From: Candidatus Harrisonbacteria bacterium
Lineage (GTDB): Bacteria; Patescibacteriota; Minisyncoccia; UBA6257; WO2-44-18
Reading direction: 5' to 3'
Length of the DNA: 64,000 nucleotides
NCBI GenBank assembly: GCA_016182295.1
Contig: JACOXP010000006.1
Span: forward strand, 9,298-73,297
The notes under the pieces are model-generated. The model did not search any database and was not told the DNA's origin. It was given only the letters and a program-made list of their open reading frames with translations. Made by a program: the position numbers and the translations under genes. The first letter of the stretch is position 1; every line of letters starts with the position of its first letter. Below are positions 19,410 through 28,901 of the stretch, piece after piece.

Positions 19410-20737
19410 AGACGATCTTTCTTTTTGTCCCGCCGAGTCTGATTTCGGATCTTTTACGCACCCCGTATTTGAAGCATGCGGCAGAAAAATTTCGGGTTAT
19501 AGTTTTTACTAGAACAGTTGATCAAGAAACCGGCGAGCGGGAATATCTTAAATCGCCAAACGTGATTTACCATCGTTGGAAAACCCATAACTCCAAATTG
19601 CTGGGAAGGTTCAAGTTTTTCCGAATAGACGGAATCCACCAATTTAATTATTTGAGGGGAGTCGCCCAGTATTATCAAAAAAACATTTTTCTTTCCGATC
19701 GCCGGGCTCGACTAATTAGATTTTTGACCAGGCCTTTTGGAAAAATTTTGACAACCGATTTTTTTACCACGGTTGAAAAATTTTTAATAAAAGTGCCGAG
19801 GGAATTTCGAGACGCCGTAAAAAAATATCAACCATCCGCGGTAGCCGTTTCCACCCCGGGAATGACTGTTTTCGAAGCCGAAGCGATCTTGATGGCCAAA
19901 CGATTGGGGGTGCCGACCGCGGCCGTTAATTTCAATTGGGATAATCTTACTTTGCAGAAAGCCCACTTAATGCGGAGATGTGATTTCTTGCTGGTTTGGA
20001 ACGATATCATCAAGGAACAGGCGATCAAAATTCACAAATATCATCCGAATAAAGTGATGGCAACAGGCGTAATGCGTTTTGATCACTACTTTCAGAAAGG
20101 AAAAGAAGAAATTAGCCGTGATGAGTTTTTGAAAACCAAAGGTTTGAATCCTAATTTGAAAACCATTCTAATTATTACCGAAAGCAAGAATTACTCATTT
20201 CAGTTAAAATGGTTTCGCAAATTGTTCGAACTCCGCGAGAGAGGGAGTATTCCCTATGCCAATGTTTTTATTAGAATTCATCCCCACGATACGCCAGAAG
20301 CTTATAAAGAGTTCTCTGGGCTACCGGATGTTAATGTGGAATTAGCCGGGCAACCGATGGTTAATCAAGCTGACCGAATTGAAATGCGCGTTTCCGATTT
20401 AGAAAATCAAAAACTGACTATTAAACACACGGATATTAATTTCAACTATTGCTCTACAATGTCCTTGGAATCGATGATATTTGACAAACCGGTAGTGATT
20501 TTTTATGAACCAGGTCATTACGACACCGAAAAGACTCATTTCAAACCCATTCTGGACGTTGGTTCTGCAAAACTGGTTAGAAGCCCAGAAGAGCTTGCTT
20601 TAACTATCAAACAATACTTGACTAATCCGGGGTTAGATAGAGAAAAACGCAAGCTCGTCCTTGATCGCTATATGCCATTTAGGGATGGTCAATCCCCAAA
20701 ACGCAGCGTCGAAGCGCTGGCAAAAATACTAAAATAA
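19406..20737 (+). CDS. TagF-like GT-B protein, paralogue 2
   Basis: NFNWDNL, VWN, GVMRFDHY, IRIHP, STMSLESMIFDKP. Confidence 0.65.
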   Translation: MKTIFLFVPPSLISDLLRTPYLKHAAEKFRVIVFTRTVDQETGEREYLKSPNVIYHRWKTHNSKLLGRFKFFRIDGIHQFNYLRGVAQYYQKNIFLSDRRARLIRFLTRPFGKILTTDFFTTVEKFLIKVPREFRDAVKKYQPSAVAVSTPGMTVFEAEAILMAKRLGVPTAAVNFNWDNLTLQKAHLMRRCDFLLVWNDIIKEQAIKIHKYHPNKVMATGVMRFDHYFQKGKEEISRDEFLKTKGLNPNLKTILIITESKNYSFQLKWFRKLFELRERGSIPYANVFIRIHPHDTPEAYKEFSGLPDVNVELAGQPMVNQADRIEMRVSDLENQKLTIKHTDINFNYCSTMSLESMIFDKPVVIFYEPGHYDTEKTHFKPILDVGSAKLVRSPEELALTIKQYLTNPGLDREKRKLVLDRYMPFRDGQSPKRSVEALAKILK

Positions 20738-20742
20738 CGCCG

Positions 20743-22626
20743 GTGCTGATTTACAGTAGAAAAATTTTTGTTCTTGTTGTGCTGGCAGTGGCGGTTGGAT
20801 TGTTTTATACACTACCGCCGTTTTTGGTTTGGCGGGATTTGGCGAGCAATGGCGAACCATTTCTGTTAGCAAACCTCCAATCCTACAAAGATGAAATGAC
20901 CGTGTATTTGCCAAAAGCGAGAGAAGTGTACGATGGTCATTTTCCTCCAACAGACGTTTATTCCGGAGAGACTGGGCCATCAGTTCTTGGTATCGTGCCG
21001 AGCGTTTTATTCGCGCCATTTCTTTTTCTTTTTGATGGCGATTTGAATTGGGCTTATTTAGCCGCGCAGTTTTTCTTTTCCGGATTGATATTTTTGATTT
21101 TTTTCTGGCTGGGAAATTTATTTTTCAAATCAAGAAGATGGGCGCTAACCATTTCTTTATTGGGCGTTTTAACCCCGCTGGCAACCATTTATTATGGGTG
21201 GAGCTTGAGCGGAACGGCAAGTATTTTGAAAACAATTGTTAAACAATTTGTACCATTGGTAAGAACCGAAATTCATAAATTGTATTTAGTAAGAATTGAC
21301 GATCCAATGCTAACTTTGCCGGTTTATCTTTTAGCAATTGGCGGTCTTTATACATTTTGGATGTCGCCTAAGCGGCGGACGGCTGTTTTTGCCGCTCTGC
21401 CAATGGGATTTCTTTTTTATACCTATTTTCATTATTGGATTTTGTGGTTGATAATAATCGGAGTTTTAACTTTATTTGGTTTGTATTCAATATGGCGAAC
21501 CCCTAGTTGGTTTAACAAAGATAAGTTAATTTATTTCTTTGTTTTGTTGGTGATTATTGGATTGATGGCCGTTCCTTACGCGATGAATTACCTAGAAACT
21601 TTGCAAATACTCGGAGGCCAGGATCATGGATTGAGATTGGGCGCTACTTACGGCCGGGATGTCTGGCCGATACAGCAATTTGCCTTCAGGCATTATATTG
21701 CGTATTTATTTTTAGTCGGCGCTGTTTACTGGCTTTATTTTCGAGGCGGAGATCAAAGGCGGGGGATATTTTTTTTAAGCTGGCTTTTAGCTTTCTTTGT
21801 ATTCTGGAACATTCAGACAATAACTGGATTTATGGTGGAACAAGTTCTGGCGCCAAGAGCCATAGCCCCTCTAATGTATGTGCTTCTATTCGTCTTACTT
21901 TTCGACCTGATAAAAAAAATCTCAATTCGGAAACCCTTATGGGGCCATTTAACGATTTGGTTTCTAACAGCTGTAATTGTTTTAATTCCACTCAAGAAAG
22001 CCGTCAATGTTTTAGCGATTATAAACCCGAGTTCGGAAACCAAGGACTATTACCGTTTTTCCGGAGAATTAATTGACTCCTGGAAATGGATTAACGCCAA
22101 TTTGAGAAAAGAACCGAAAATCGTTGCCTCTTCATTAGTGACGTCTTTTTATCTTACTACTTATACCTCAGCCCGCCCCTACGTAGCTACTGGATTTGTT
22201 TCTGCTCTGCCAACAATAGAGCTGGAACAAAGATTTCTAAACGCGAATAAATTATTCCAAGTCCCAGAAGATGTTTTTCGTCATCGGATTATTGGCGATC
22301 TGATTCTTAAATGTGGAGAAAATTGCCCGCCGGACGCTGTGTTTAATTTGGACAAAACTCGTCGTTTTCTCTTTGTCGCGGATTCAGCCAAAGTTTCTAA
22401 AATGGTTGGCCGCGAGAGCAAAACAATACTTGAATACGCCGATTCTGTAACGGCGTCATATAAGGCATTAAATTTGAATTGGGATGATATTGATGCGGAA
22501 TACGTTTATCTGGGGCCGCTAGAACGAATGTTTAGTAGCCCTAATTTTCTTGCCGTGCCTAATCTAAGTTTGATATATCAAAATCCTGAAGTAGAAATCT
22601 ACAAAATCGACAAAATTGATTTTTGA
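20743..22626 (+). CDS. Polytopic membrane protein, GT-C-like, paralogue 1
   Basis: About 12 TM segments; acidic DE pair in the first loop (YKDE); paralogous to 32416..34329. Confidence 0.55.
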   Translation: MLIYSRKIFVLVVLAVAVGLFYTLPPFLVWRDLASNGEPFLLANLQSYKDEMTVYLPKAREVYDGHFPPTDVYSGETGPSVLGIVPSVLFAPFLFLFDGDLNWAYLAAQFFFSGLIFLIFFWLGNLFFKSRRWALTISLLGVLTPLATIYYGWSLSGTASILKTIVKQFVPLVRTEIHKLYLVRIDDPMLTLPVYLLAIGGLYTFWMSPKRRTAVFAALPMGFLFYTYFHYWILWLIIIGVLTLFGLYSIWRTPSWFNKDKLIYFFVLLVIIGLMAVPYAMNYLETLQILGGQDHGLRLGATYGRDVWPIQQFAFRHYIAYLFLVGAVYWLYFRGGDQRRGIFFLSWLLAFFVFWNIQTITGFMVEQVLAPRAIAPLMYVLLFVLLFDLIKKISIRKPLWGHLTIWFLTAVIVLIPLKKAVNVLAIINPSSETKDYYRFSGELIDSWKWINANLRKEPKIVASSLVTSFYLTTYTSARPYVATGFVSALPTIELEQRFLNANKLFQVPEDVFRHRIIGDLILKCGENCPPDAVFNLDKTRRFLFVADSAKVSKMVGRESKTILEYADSVTASYKALNLNWDDIDAEYVYLGPLERMFSSPNFLAVPNLSLIYQNPEVEIYKIDKIDF

Positions 22627-22640
22627 GCTATAATTTTCCC

Positions 22641-23606
22641 ATGCGCATTCTAGTTACTGGAGGGGCCGGGTTTATAGGCAGTCATTTAGTTGAACGTTTA
22701 TCCAGAAATGGAGACCGAGTTATTGTTTTAGACGATTTTTCAACCGCCAGCCGGGAAGTAGTTAACTGGGTCGAAAAATTACCCGGCGTAACTATTGTTA
22801 AAGGATCAGTTTTGGACAAATCGCTCTTGACAAGAACAATATCCGGCTGCCAACAAATTTATCATTTGGCCGCGGCAGTTGGGGTTAAATTGGTTGTAGA
22901 AAAACCACTGCAGTCTTTTTTAACAAATGTTTCCGGTTCTCATAATGTTTTAGAACTGGCAGATAAGAAAAAAATCCCAGTTTTATTAACTTCTTCATCC
23001 GAAGTTTATGGAAAAAGCGACAAATTGCCGTTTCGAGAAAATGAAGACCGAGTTTACGGATCTGTTTACAATGAGCGTTGGGGATATGCATTATCCAAAA
23101 CATCGGATGAATTTTTAGCCCTAGCGTACTGGAGAGAACGGGGGTTACCAGTTGTGGTGGTCCGCCTTTTCAATACAGTCGGTCCTCGTCAGGTTGGAAC
23201 CTACGGAATGGTGGTACCTCGGCTAGTTCAACAAGGATTGCGAAATGATGATCTTACTATTTATGGCGATGGTCTTCAGATCAGATCCTTTAGTTATGTA
23301 GGCGATGTGGTTGACGGAATGCTAAAACTTTTAAATTCTAAAAAATCACATGGAGAAATTTTTAATCTTGGATCACCGGAACCGATAACTATTCTCGATT
23401 TAGCCAAAAAAATCAAAGTATTGATGAAGAGTCAGTCTAAGTTAAGAATGATTCCTTATCGGAAAGTTTACGGAGAAACTTTTGAAGATATGCGAGTAAG
23501 AGTCCCCGATATTTCTAAAGCTAAACGAATTGTTGGGTACAAACCTAAATTTACCCTTGATGACACTCTCAAAGCCGTTATCGATTACTACAGAAAATCT
23601 TTATGA
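22641..23606 (+). CDS. NAD-dependent epimerase/dehydratase (UDP-glucuronate decarboxylase/epimerase-like)
   Basis: TGGAGFIGSH, HLAAAVGV, SSSEVYG, YALSK, RLFNTVGPRQ; TATAAT lies 6 nt before ATG 22641. Confidence 0.9.
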   Translation: MRILVTGGAGFIGSHLVERLSRNGDRVIVLDDFSTASREVVNWVEKLPGVTIVKGSVLDKSLLTRTISGCQQIYHLAAAVGVKLVVEKPLQSFLTNVSGSHNVLELADKKKIPVLLTSSSEVYGKSDKLPFRENEDRVYGSVYNERWGYALSKTSDEFLALAYWRERGLPVVVVRLFNTVGPRQVGTYGMVVPRLVQQGLRNDDLTIYGDGLQIRSFSYVGDVVDGMLKLLNSKKSHGEIFNLGSPEPITILDLAKKIKVLMKSQSKLRMIPYRKVYGETFEDMRVRVPDISKAKRIVGYKPKFTLDDTLKAVIDYYRKSL

Positions 23607-24349
23607 AATTAGAACTTTTATCAGTGATCGTCCCTGCTTACAATGAAGGGCCGTCAATTGAAAAGGCGCTAGAAGCAGTTTTTGCCGTGCCGGTTAAAAA
23701 GGAAGTGATAGTAGTTGATGATGGTTCGACTGACGAAACGGCGGAGATTGTTGAGAAACTTAGTAAGGTTTTGACCAAGCAGAATAAATATTCTTATCTC
23801 AAAGAATTGAAATTCGTGAAAAAAGAAGAAAATTCCGGTAAAGGATCTGCCATTAGATCTGGATTGTCTTTAGTGTCCGGCGATGTTGTTTTAATTCAGG
23901 ACGCGGATTTGGAATTGGACCCAAATGAATACCCCAAATTGCTGGCGCCATTTAAAGAAATGGAAGCAGATATTGTTTTTGGTTCTCGGTTTCGCAGAGA
24001 AGGAATTATTCGAGTTCAACAAACATTTCACTTTTTGGGCAATAAGGCGTTAACCTGGTTTTCTAATTTGTGCACCGGGTTTTATCTCACCGATATGGAA
24101 ACTGGTTTTAAGGTTTTCCGTAGCGATTTAATGAAGGGTTTTAAGTTGATCTCTAATCGTTTTGGCATAGAACCCGAGCTAGCTGCTAGAGCGGCTCAAG
24201 CCACTAGAAAGAAACGGTTGAATTTTTATGAAGTTTCTGTTTCATATCGACCGCGAACCATAGCCGAAGGAAAAAAAATGCGTTTTTTCCGAGGTGGAGT
24301 AATAGCATTATTAGCAGTTATCTACTTTAATTTTATTAATAAGTCCTAG
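23603..24349 (+). CDS. GT2 glycosyltransferase (DPM1-like)
   Basis: PAYNE, VDDGSTD, GKGSA, QDADLE, GSRF, TDMETGFK, FGIEPE. Confidence 0.92.
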   Translation: MKLELLSVIVPAYNEGPSIEKALEAVFAVPVKKEVIVVDDGSTDETAEIVEKLSKVLTKQNKYSYLKELKFVKKEENSGKGSAIRSGLSLVSGDVVLIQDADLELDPNEYPKLLAPFKEMEADIVFGSRFRREGIIRVQQTFHFLGNKALTWFSNLCTGFYLTDMETGFKVFRSDLMKGFKLISNRFGIEPELAARAAQATRKKRLNFYEVSVSYRPRTIAEGKKMRFFRGGVIALLAVIYFNFINKS

Positions 24350-24399
24350 TCCTTAGTTTGAAGAATTTTTGGCTTTCTAGGAGTTTTAAGATAATAAGT

Positions 24400-25743
24400 A
24401 TGAAAACCGTATTTATAGCCGTTTTTCAAGGAACGGAATTTCGGAATATTATCCGGACAGACATTTATAAAGAATTGATCAATCAGCCGAATGTCCGCTT
24501 GGTTCTATTTACTGACAATGAAGTTAAGCGTGATTATTTCCAATCACAATTTAACGCTCCAAACGTTATTTATGAAATAGCCAATGATTATCGGCCGCAC
24601 TGGTCGGCGCCGATTTTTGGTTTTCTAAAATATAATCTGATCAAAACCGGCACTTTAGACATGAAACGCCGCAGAAAATTGGAACAAAATGGCAACTATT
24701 TTAATTATTATTTCCGATGGCTTACCAATCGCCTGTTGGCTAATCGATTGTCAAGAATTATAACTCGCTGGGCGGCGTTTCATTTAGTGCGTGACGATTT
24801 TTTTGCCTCTTATTACGATAAATACCAGCCACAAATGGTTCTATTAGCTCATCTTTTCAGCGATATCGAGACGTCAATGCTAAGAGAAGCAAAACGGCGA
24901 AAAATAATTTCTGTTGGATTGATAAACTCCTGGGACAAGTTAACTTCCAGAAATATGCTTTTGCTTTTGCCGGACAAAATGCTGGTCCATAATCGGATAG
25001 TGAAAAATGAAGCTATTCGTTTGGCTGATATGTCGAAAAAGGATATAACAATAGTCGGCATACCGCATTTCGACCATCATTTTAAAACGCCAAGGTCTTC
25101 CAAAAAGGAATTTGCTAAACGATTTGGCTTGGATCCTAACAAGCGATACGTAGTTTTTTGTCCGGAGGGAAAGACCTATATTGATTCTGATGGGCAAATG
25201 GCCAGCTTAATTGATGAAATGATTGCTAGCGGAGAATTGCCGAATGACCTCCAACTAATAATCCGCTTGCCGCCAAATGATATCATTGATATTTATCCAT
25301 ACAAAACAAAAGTGGTCATTCAGCAAGCTGGCAAGCGTTTTTCCAAGAAACGCGGAGTAGATTGGGATATGGACGAAGAAGATTTTCGGTTATTGGCTGA
25401 TACAATGCGTCATGCTTCGGTGATAATTCTTTATGCCTCAACGGTAGCAATGGACGCGGCGGTTTTCAATAAACCTCTTATCAGCGTGAATATTAAATTT
25501 CCAAATTATCCTTCCACTGATTGGGTTTATGAATATGAACATTGCGGCACTCTTTTGCGAACCGGTGGTTTGGATTACGTAAGGACACGCGCCGATTTGG
25601 CTAATTCTATCAAGCGATATCTTGAAAATCCTCAATTCAATGACGACGGTCGGAGCAGGATTCGAGAGGAGCAGTGTCATTATTTAGACGGCAGGTCAGG
25701 GAAACGTGTGGCCGAATACATCCTCGATTTGTTAAACGTTTAA
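24400..25743 (+). CDS. TagF-like GT-B protein, paralogue 3
   Basis: NSWDKL, GIPHFDH, IRLPP, STVAMDAAVFNKP; N-terminus MKTVF matches the other paralogues. Confidence 0.65.
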   Translation: MKTVFIAVFQGTEFRNIIRTDIYKELINQPNVRLVLFTDNEVKRDYFQSQFNAPNVIYEIANDYRPHWSAPIFGFLKYNLIKTGTLDMKRRRKLEQNGNYFNYYFRWLTNRLLANRLSRIITRWAAFHLVRDDFFASYYDKYQPQMVLLAHLFSDIETSMLREAKRRKIISVGLINSWDKLTSRNMLLLLPDKMLVHNRIVKNEAIRLADMSKKDITIVGIPHFDHHFKTPRSSKKEFAKRFGLDPNKRYVVFCPEGKTYIDSDGQMASLIDEMIASGELPNDLQLIIRLPPNDIIDIYPYKTKVVIQQAGKRFSKKRGVDWDMDEEDFRLLADTMRHASVIILYASTVAMDAAVFNKPLISVNIKFPNYPSTDWVYEYEHCGTLLRTGGLDYVRTRADLANSIKRYLENPQFNDDGRSRIREEQCHYLDGRSGKRVAEYILDLLNV

Positions 25744-25746
25744 TAA

Positions 25747-26088
25747 ATGGTCATGAAAGGAATCGGAATCGATATAATCAAAATAAATCGTTTTAGAAGA
25801 ATCCCTTATAAGAAGCGACCGTCTTTTTATAAAAATATATTTACTAATCTCGAAATTGAATATTGTCTTGGTAAAAAAGATCCTTACCCGAGTTTTGCCG
25901 CGAGGTTTGCCGCAAAGGAGGCAATCGTCAAAGCGGTTGGTGGGACTATTTATAAAGCGAGACAAATCGAGATTCGTAAAGGCAGTTCTGGCCGGCCGAT
26001 GGTGAAGCTTCAAGGTCGAAAAAAGATACTGCTCTCTTTATCTCATGACGGAGAATACGCCGCCGCTATTGCTCTATGGTTAAACTAA
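25747..26088 (+). CDS. acpS: Holo-ACP synthase (phosphopantetheinyl transferase)
   Basis: GIGIDI, FAARFAAKEAIVKA, GRP, LSLSH. Confidence 0.93.
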   Translation: MVMKGIGIDIIKINRFRRIPYKKRPSFYKNIFTNLEIEYCLGKKDPYPSFAARFAAKEAIVKAVGGTIYKARQIEIRKGSSGRPMVKLQGRKKILLSLSHDGEYAAAIALWLN

Positions 26089-27608
26089 TACAAGATTATT
26101 TTTCTATTTCCGCCAAAAACGACCCTGGTAAGTTAGCTGTTGATGTCGGAGAAGATGCCTTATCTGAAAAAGAGAAAGAAGTTTTTAATAAATCTTTTGG
26201 CTGGATTGATAATTTCAGCAACCAATTTGCCAGATATTTAAAAGAAAAAAGCGTCAAGAGGGGCGATCGCGTTGCTTTTATATTCAAGAAACAGAATCTT
26301 TCGTATTCGATCGCCTCAATCTTAGCAATACTTAAATGTGACGCTATTTATGTTCCGATACATTACAAATTGCCGCCAAAGCGAATTATCAAAATTTTAA
26401 GCGATTCGGACGCTAAATTTCTAATTTGCTCGTCTTTGTTTGCGAAAGACCTTAAAAAACATGCCGTGCTGTCCAATTTTCCGTTTTTTGAGATAGATAA
26501 AGAAAAAATAAATATTGAGAAAAGAGGCGCGGGAGCTTTGAGTTACGCCAACAACAGTGACGATGCCGCTTATATTATGTACACCTCTGGATCAACCGGC
26601 AATCCGAAGGGCGTGGTGATAACTCACGGAAATATTATCAACGCGACCGAATGGGCAGTAGAAGAATTCGGTATTACCAGCGAAGATCGAATGTCTCAGC
26701 ACCCCCCGTTGAATTTTGATCTTTCAACTTTTGATTTATATTGCGCCTTTAAATCCGGAGCTAGTTTGCATCCAGTGCCTGAAGACGCATCAATTTTCCC
26801 CGGAGAGTTAGTAAGATTTATTGAAAACAATAAATTGACCATCTGGAACTCGGTCCCTTCGGTGATGGTTCAAATGGCGGTTGCCGGATTAGTCAAACCA
26901 GACAGGATGCCGACGCTGAAAAAAATATTTTTCAATGGCGAGGGATTTCCAACAAAATTTTTGGCGGAATGGATGAAAATTTATCCGGATAAAGAATTTG
27001 TTAACATGTATGGGCCAACGGAAACAACCGTGCAATGCACTTTTTATCGCGTTCACGAACCACCGAAAGATTTGACTAGATTAGTTCCGATTGGCAAAGC
27101 TTGCCACAATGTTGAGGTTTTTGATGTAGACGGCGAGCTTTATGTCGGCGGACTTGGTGTCGGGAGGGGCTATTGGAATGATCCTCAAAGAACCTCTGAA
27201 TTATTTATCAATTATCCTGGCAGAGGTCGGGTATATAAGACGGGGGATTTGGTTCGTTTGTTGCCGGACGGAAATTATGAATTTATTGGACGGAGGGACA
27301 ATCAGGTGAAAATTCATGGTAATCGCATTGAGTTGGGAGATATTGAATCGGCAATTAATTCCCTTCCATATATCAGGGAAGCAGGCGTGATTGCTGTAAC
27401 TGCTTCTGAAATTGAGGATAAAAAAGTTATCGCTTTTGTAAGCGTTAATGAAGATAAAAAACCGGAGTCATTAAAATCTGATCTGAAAAAATTACTCCCG
27501 CTTTATATGATCCCACAGCAAATCGAAATCAGGGATAGTTTGCCAAAAACTGGCAATGGCAAAATAGATCGAGTTAAACTTAAAAATGAATATGGAAGAG
27601 AAAATTAA
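26076..27608 (+). CDS. Stand-alone amino acid adenylation enzyme (DltA-like)
   Basis: YTSGSTGNPKG, FDLS, NMYGPTE, YKTGD, GRRDNQVK, PKTGNGK. Confidence 0.92.
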   Translation: MVKLIQDYFSISAKNDPGKLAVDVGEDALSEKEKEVFNKSFGWIDNFSNQFARYLKEKSVKRGDRVAFIFKKQNLSYSIASILAILKCDAIYVPIHYKLPPKRIIKILSDSDAKFLICSSLFAKDLKKHAVLSNFPFFEIDKEKINIEKRGAGALSYANNSDDAAYIMYTSGSTGNPKGVVITHGNIINATEWAVEEFGITSEDRMSQHPPLNFDLSTFDLYCAFKSGASLHPVPEDASIFPGELVRFIENNKLTIWNSVPSVMVQMAVAGLVKPDRMPTLKKIFFNGEGFPTKFLAEWMKIYPDKEFVNMYGPTETTVQCTFYRVHEPPKDLTRLVPIGKACHNVEVFDVDGELYVGGLGVGRGYWNDPQRTSELFINYPGRGRVYKTGDLVRLLPDGNYEFIGRRDNQVKIHGNRIELGDIESAINSLPYIREAGVIAVTASEIEDKKVIAFVSVNEDKKPESLKSDLKKLLPLYMIPQQIEIRDSLPKTGNGKIDRVKLKNEYGREN

Positions 27609-27816
27609 AAAATTTCTGGAAAAAGAAACTCAAAAGACAATTGTTGATAACAAAGCCAATCTTTTAGAGTTGGGAATCTTAGATTCTTTCACGATGATAC
27701 GATTATTGAATTTTTTGGAACAAGATTTAAAGATATCAGTAAAAATGGAAGAATTGTCGCCCCAAAATTTTTCTTCTATCAACAATATGATTAAGACCAT
27801 TGAATCATGGAAATAA
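27586..27816 (+). CDS. Carrier protein 2 (DltC-like)
   Basis: LLELGILDSF motif, 76 aa, coupled to the A domain gene. Confidence 0.88.
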   Translation: MNMEEKIKKFLEKETQKTIVDNKANLLELGILDSFTMIRLLNFLEQDLKISVKMEELSPQNFSSINNMIKTIESWK

Positions 27817-28892
27817 GATTTATTAAAAAATCCGAATGGGAGCAATTGCGTAATTTTAATGCCGATCAGTATCGTCCCGATCACATCCTTACCAACAAGC
27901 AATACTATGATTGGCAATTCGACAATGTGTTTAATGAACAAAAAGATAGTTATACAACACTCGGCCTCTTTAGCAAGGGAGAGTTAATTGGAACTTTTGG
28001 AATGTTTACCGCTCCTTATAATTGTTTTGGCCGGCAAGTTACGGCAAATTGCTTGGCTAATTTGATAATTAAAAAAGATCTCCGCAGTTTGGGCTACGGC
28101 TATCGGTTATTGGAACGAGCTTCTAATTTCAACGATTTAGCTATCGATCATACCATCAATCAACAGGCTTGGCCGATGTTTATAAAATCTGGCTGGGTCG
28201 GCGAGAATTTGAAAAGATTTATTTATATTTTTAACCTCGAAGCAATGAGAAAATTGATAATTAATGATGATACACGTCAATTATCGGCCAGTCCCACGAA
28301 TCCGGTAATCGTTAGGCATTGGCGCTGGGAACCAGTAGAAAAATTTAATGAGAATTTCGATATTTTCTGGGAGAAAGTCAAAAACCGTTACCCAATTACA
28401 ATTAAAAGAAGCAGTCAGTATCTAAACTGGCGTTATGTAGATACGAATTTGATGAAATACCAAATATTCGCCGCTGTGGGTTCTGACGGAATTTCCGGAT
28501 TTGCGGTTTTTCGAACCGAAAATGTCTATCGAGACAATCAAGCAATCGGAGTAAAAATCGGCCGATTGGTTGATTTTGTCGCCGACGCGGCGGCCGAACG
28601 ATTTATTCTTGGAAAGGTGATCGAGTACGGTCGTCAATCTGGCTGGGATGGCTTAGATTATTTTTTCAGCGGTCAAAACCGCATAGAATCTCTAGAAGAT
28701 TTAGGATTTTTTGATGGCGATTCTGCCGGTTATGCATCCATTCCCATCCTTTTTCATCCTATCAGCACTAAGCGGATGCATCTGAATTTCGCGATCAAGC
28801 TGATTAATCCGGAATTAACAAAACAACCCGCCGATAAGTTGTATAATTGGTATACAACGAAAAGCGACGGAGATCAGGACCGTCCGTATTAA
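27807..28892 (+). CDS. Tandem-GNAT acyltransferase, paralogue 2
   Basis: DLRSLGYG, RSSQYLNWRY, C-terminal WYTTKSDGDQDR. Confidence 0.7.
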   Translation: MEIRFIKKSEWEQLRNFNADQYRPDHILTNKQYYDWQFDNVFNEQKDSYTTLGLFSKGELIGTFGMFTAPYNCFGRQVTANCLANLIIKKDLRSLGYGYRLLERASNFNDLAIDHTINQQAWPMFIKSGWVGENLKRFIYIFNLEAMRKLIINDDTRQLSASPTNPVIVRHWRWEPVEKFNENFDIFWEKVKNRYPITIKRSSQYLNWRYVDTNLMKYQIFAAVGSDGISGFAVFRTENVYRDNQAIGVKIGRLVDFVADAAAERFILGKVIEYGRQSGWDGLDYFFSGQNRIESLEDLGFFDGDSAGYASIPILFHPISTKRMHLNFAIKLINPELTKQPADKLYNWYTTKSDGDQDRPY

Positions 28893-28901
28893 TTAACAGA
28901 T

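Noticed and set aside
25747-27816. Canonical dlt operon or NRPS cluster
   Set aside because: No DltB/DltD and no condensation or thioesterase domains; the context is glycan synthesis
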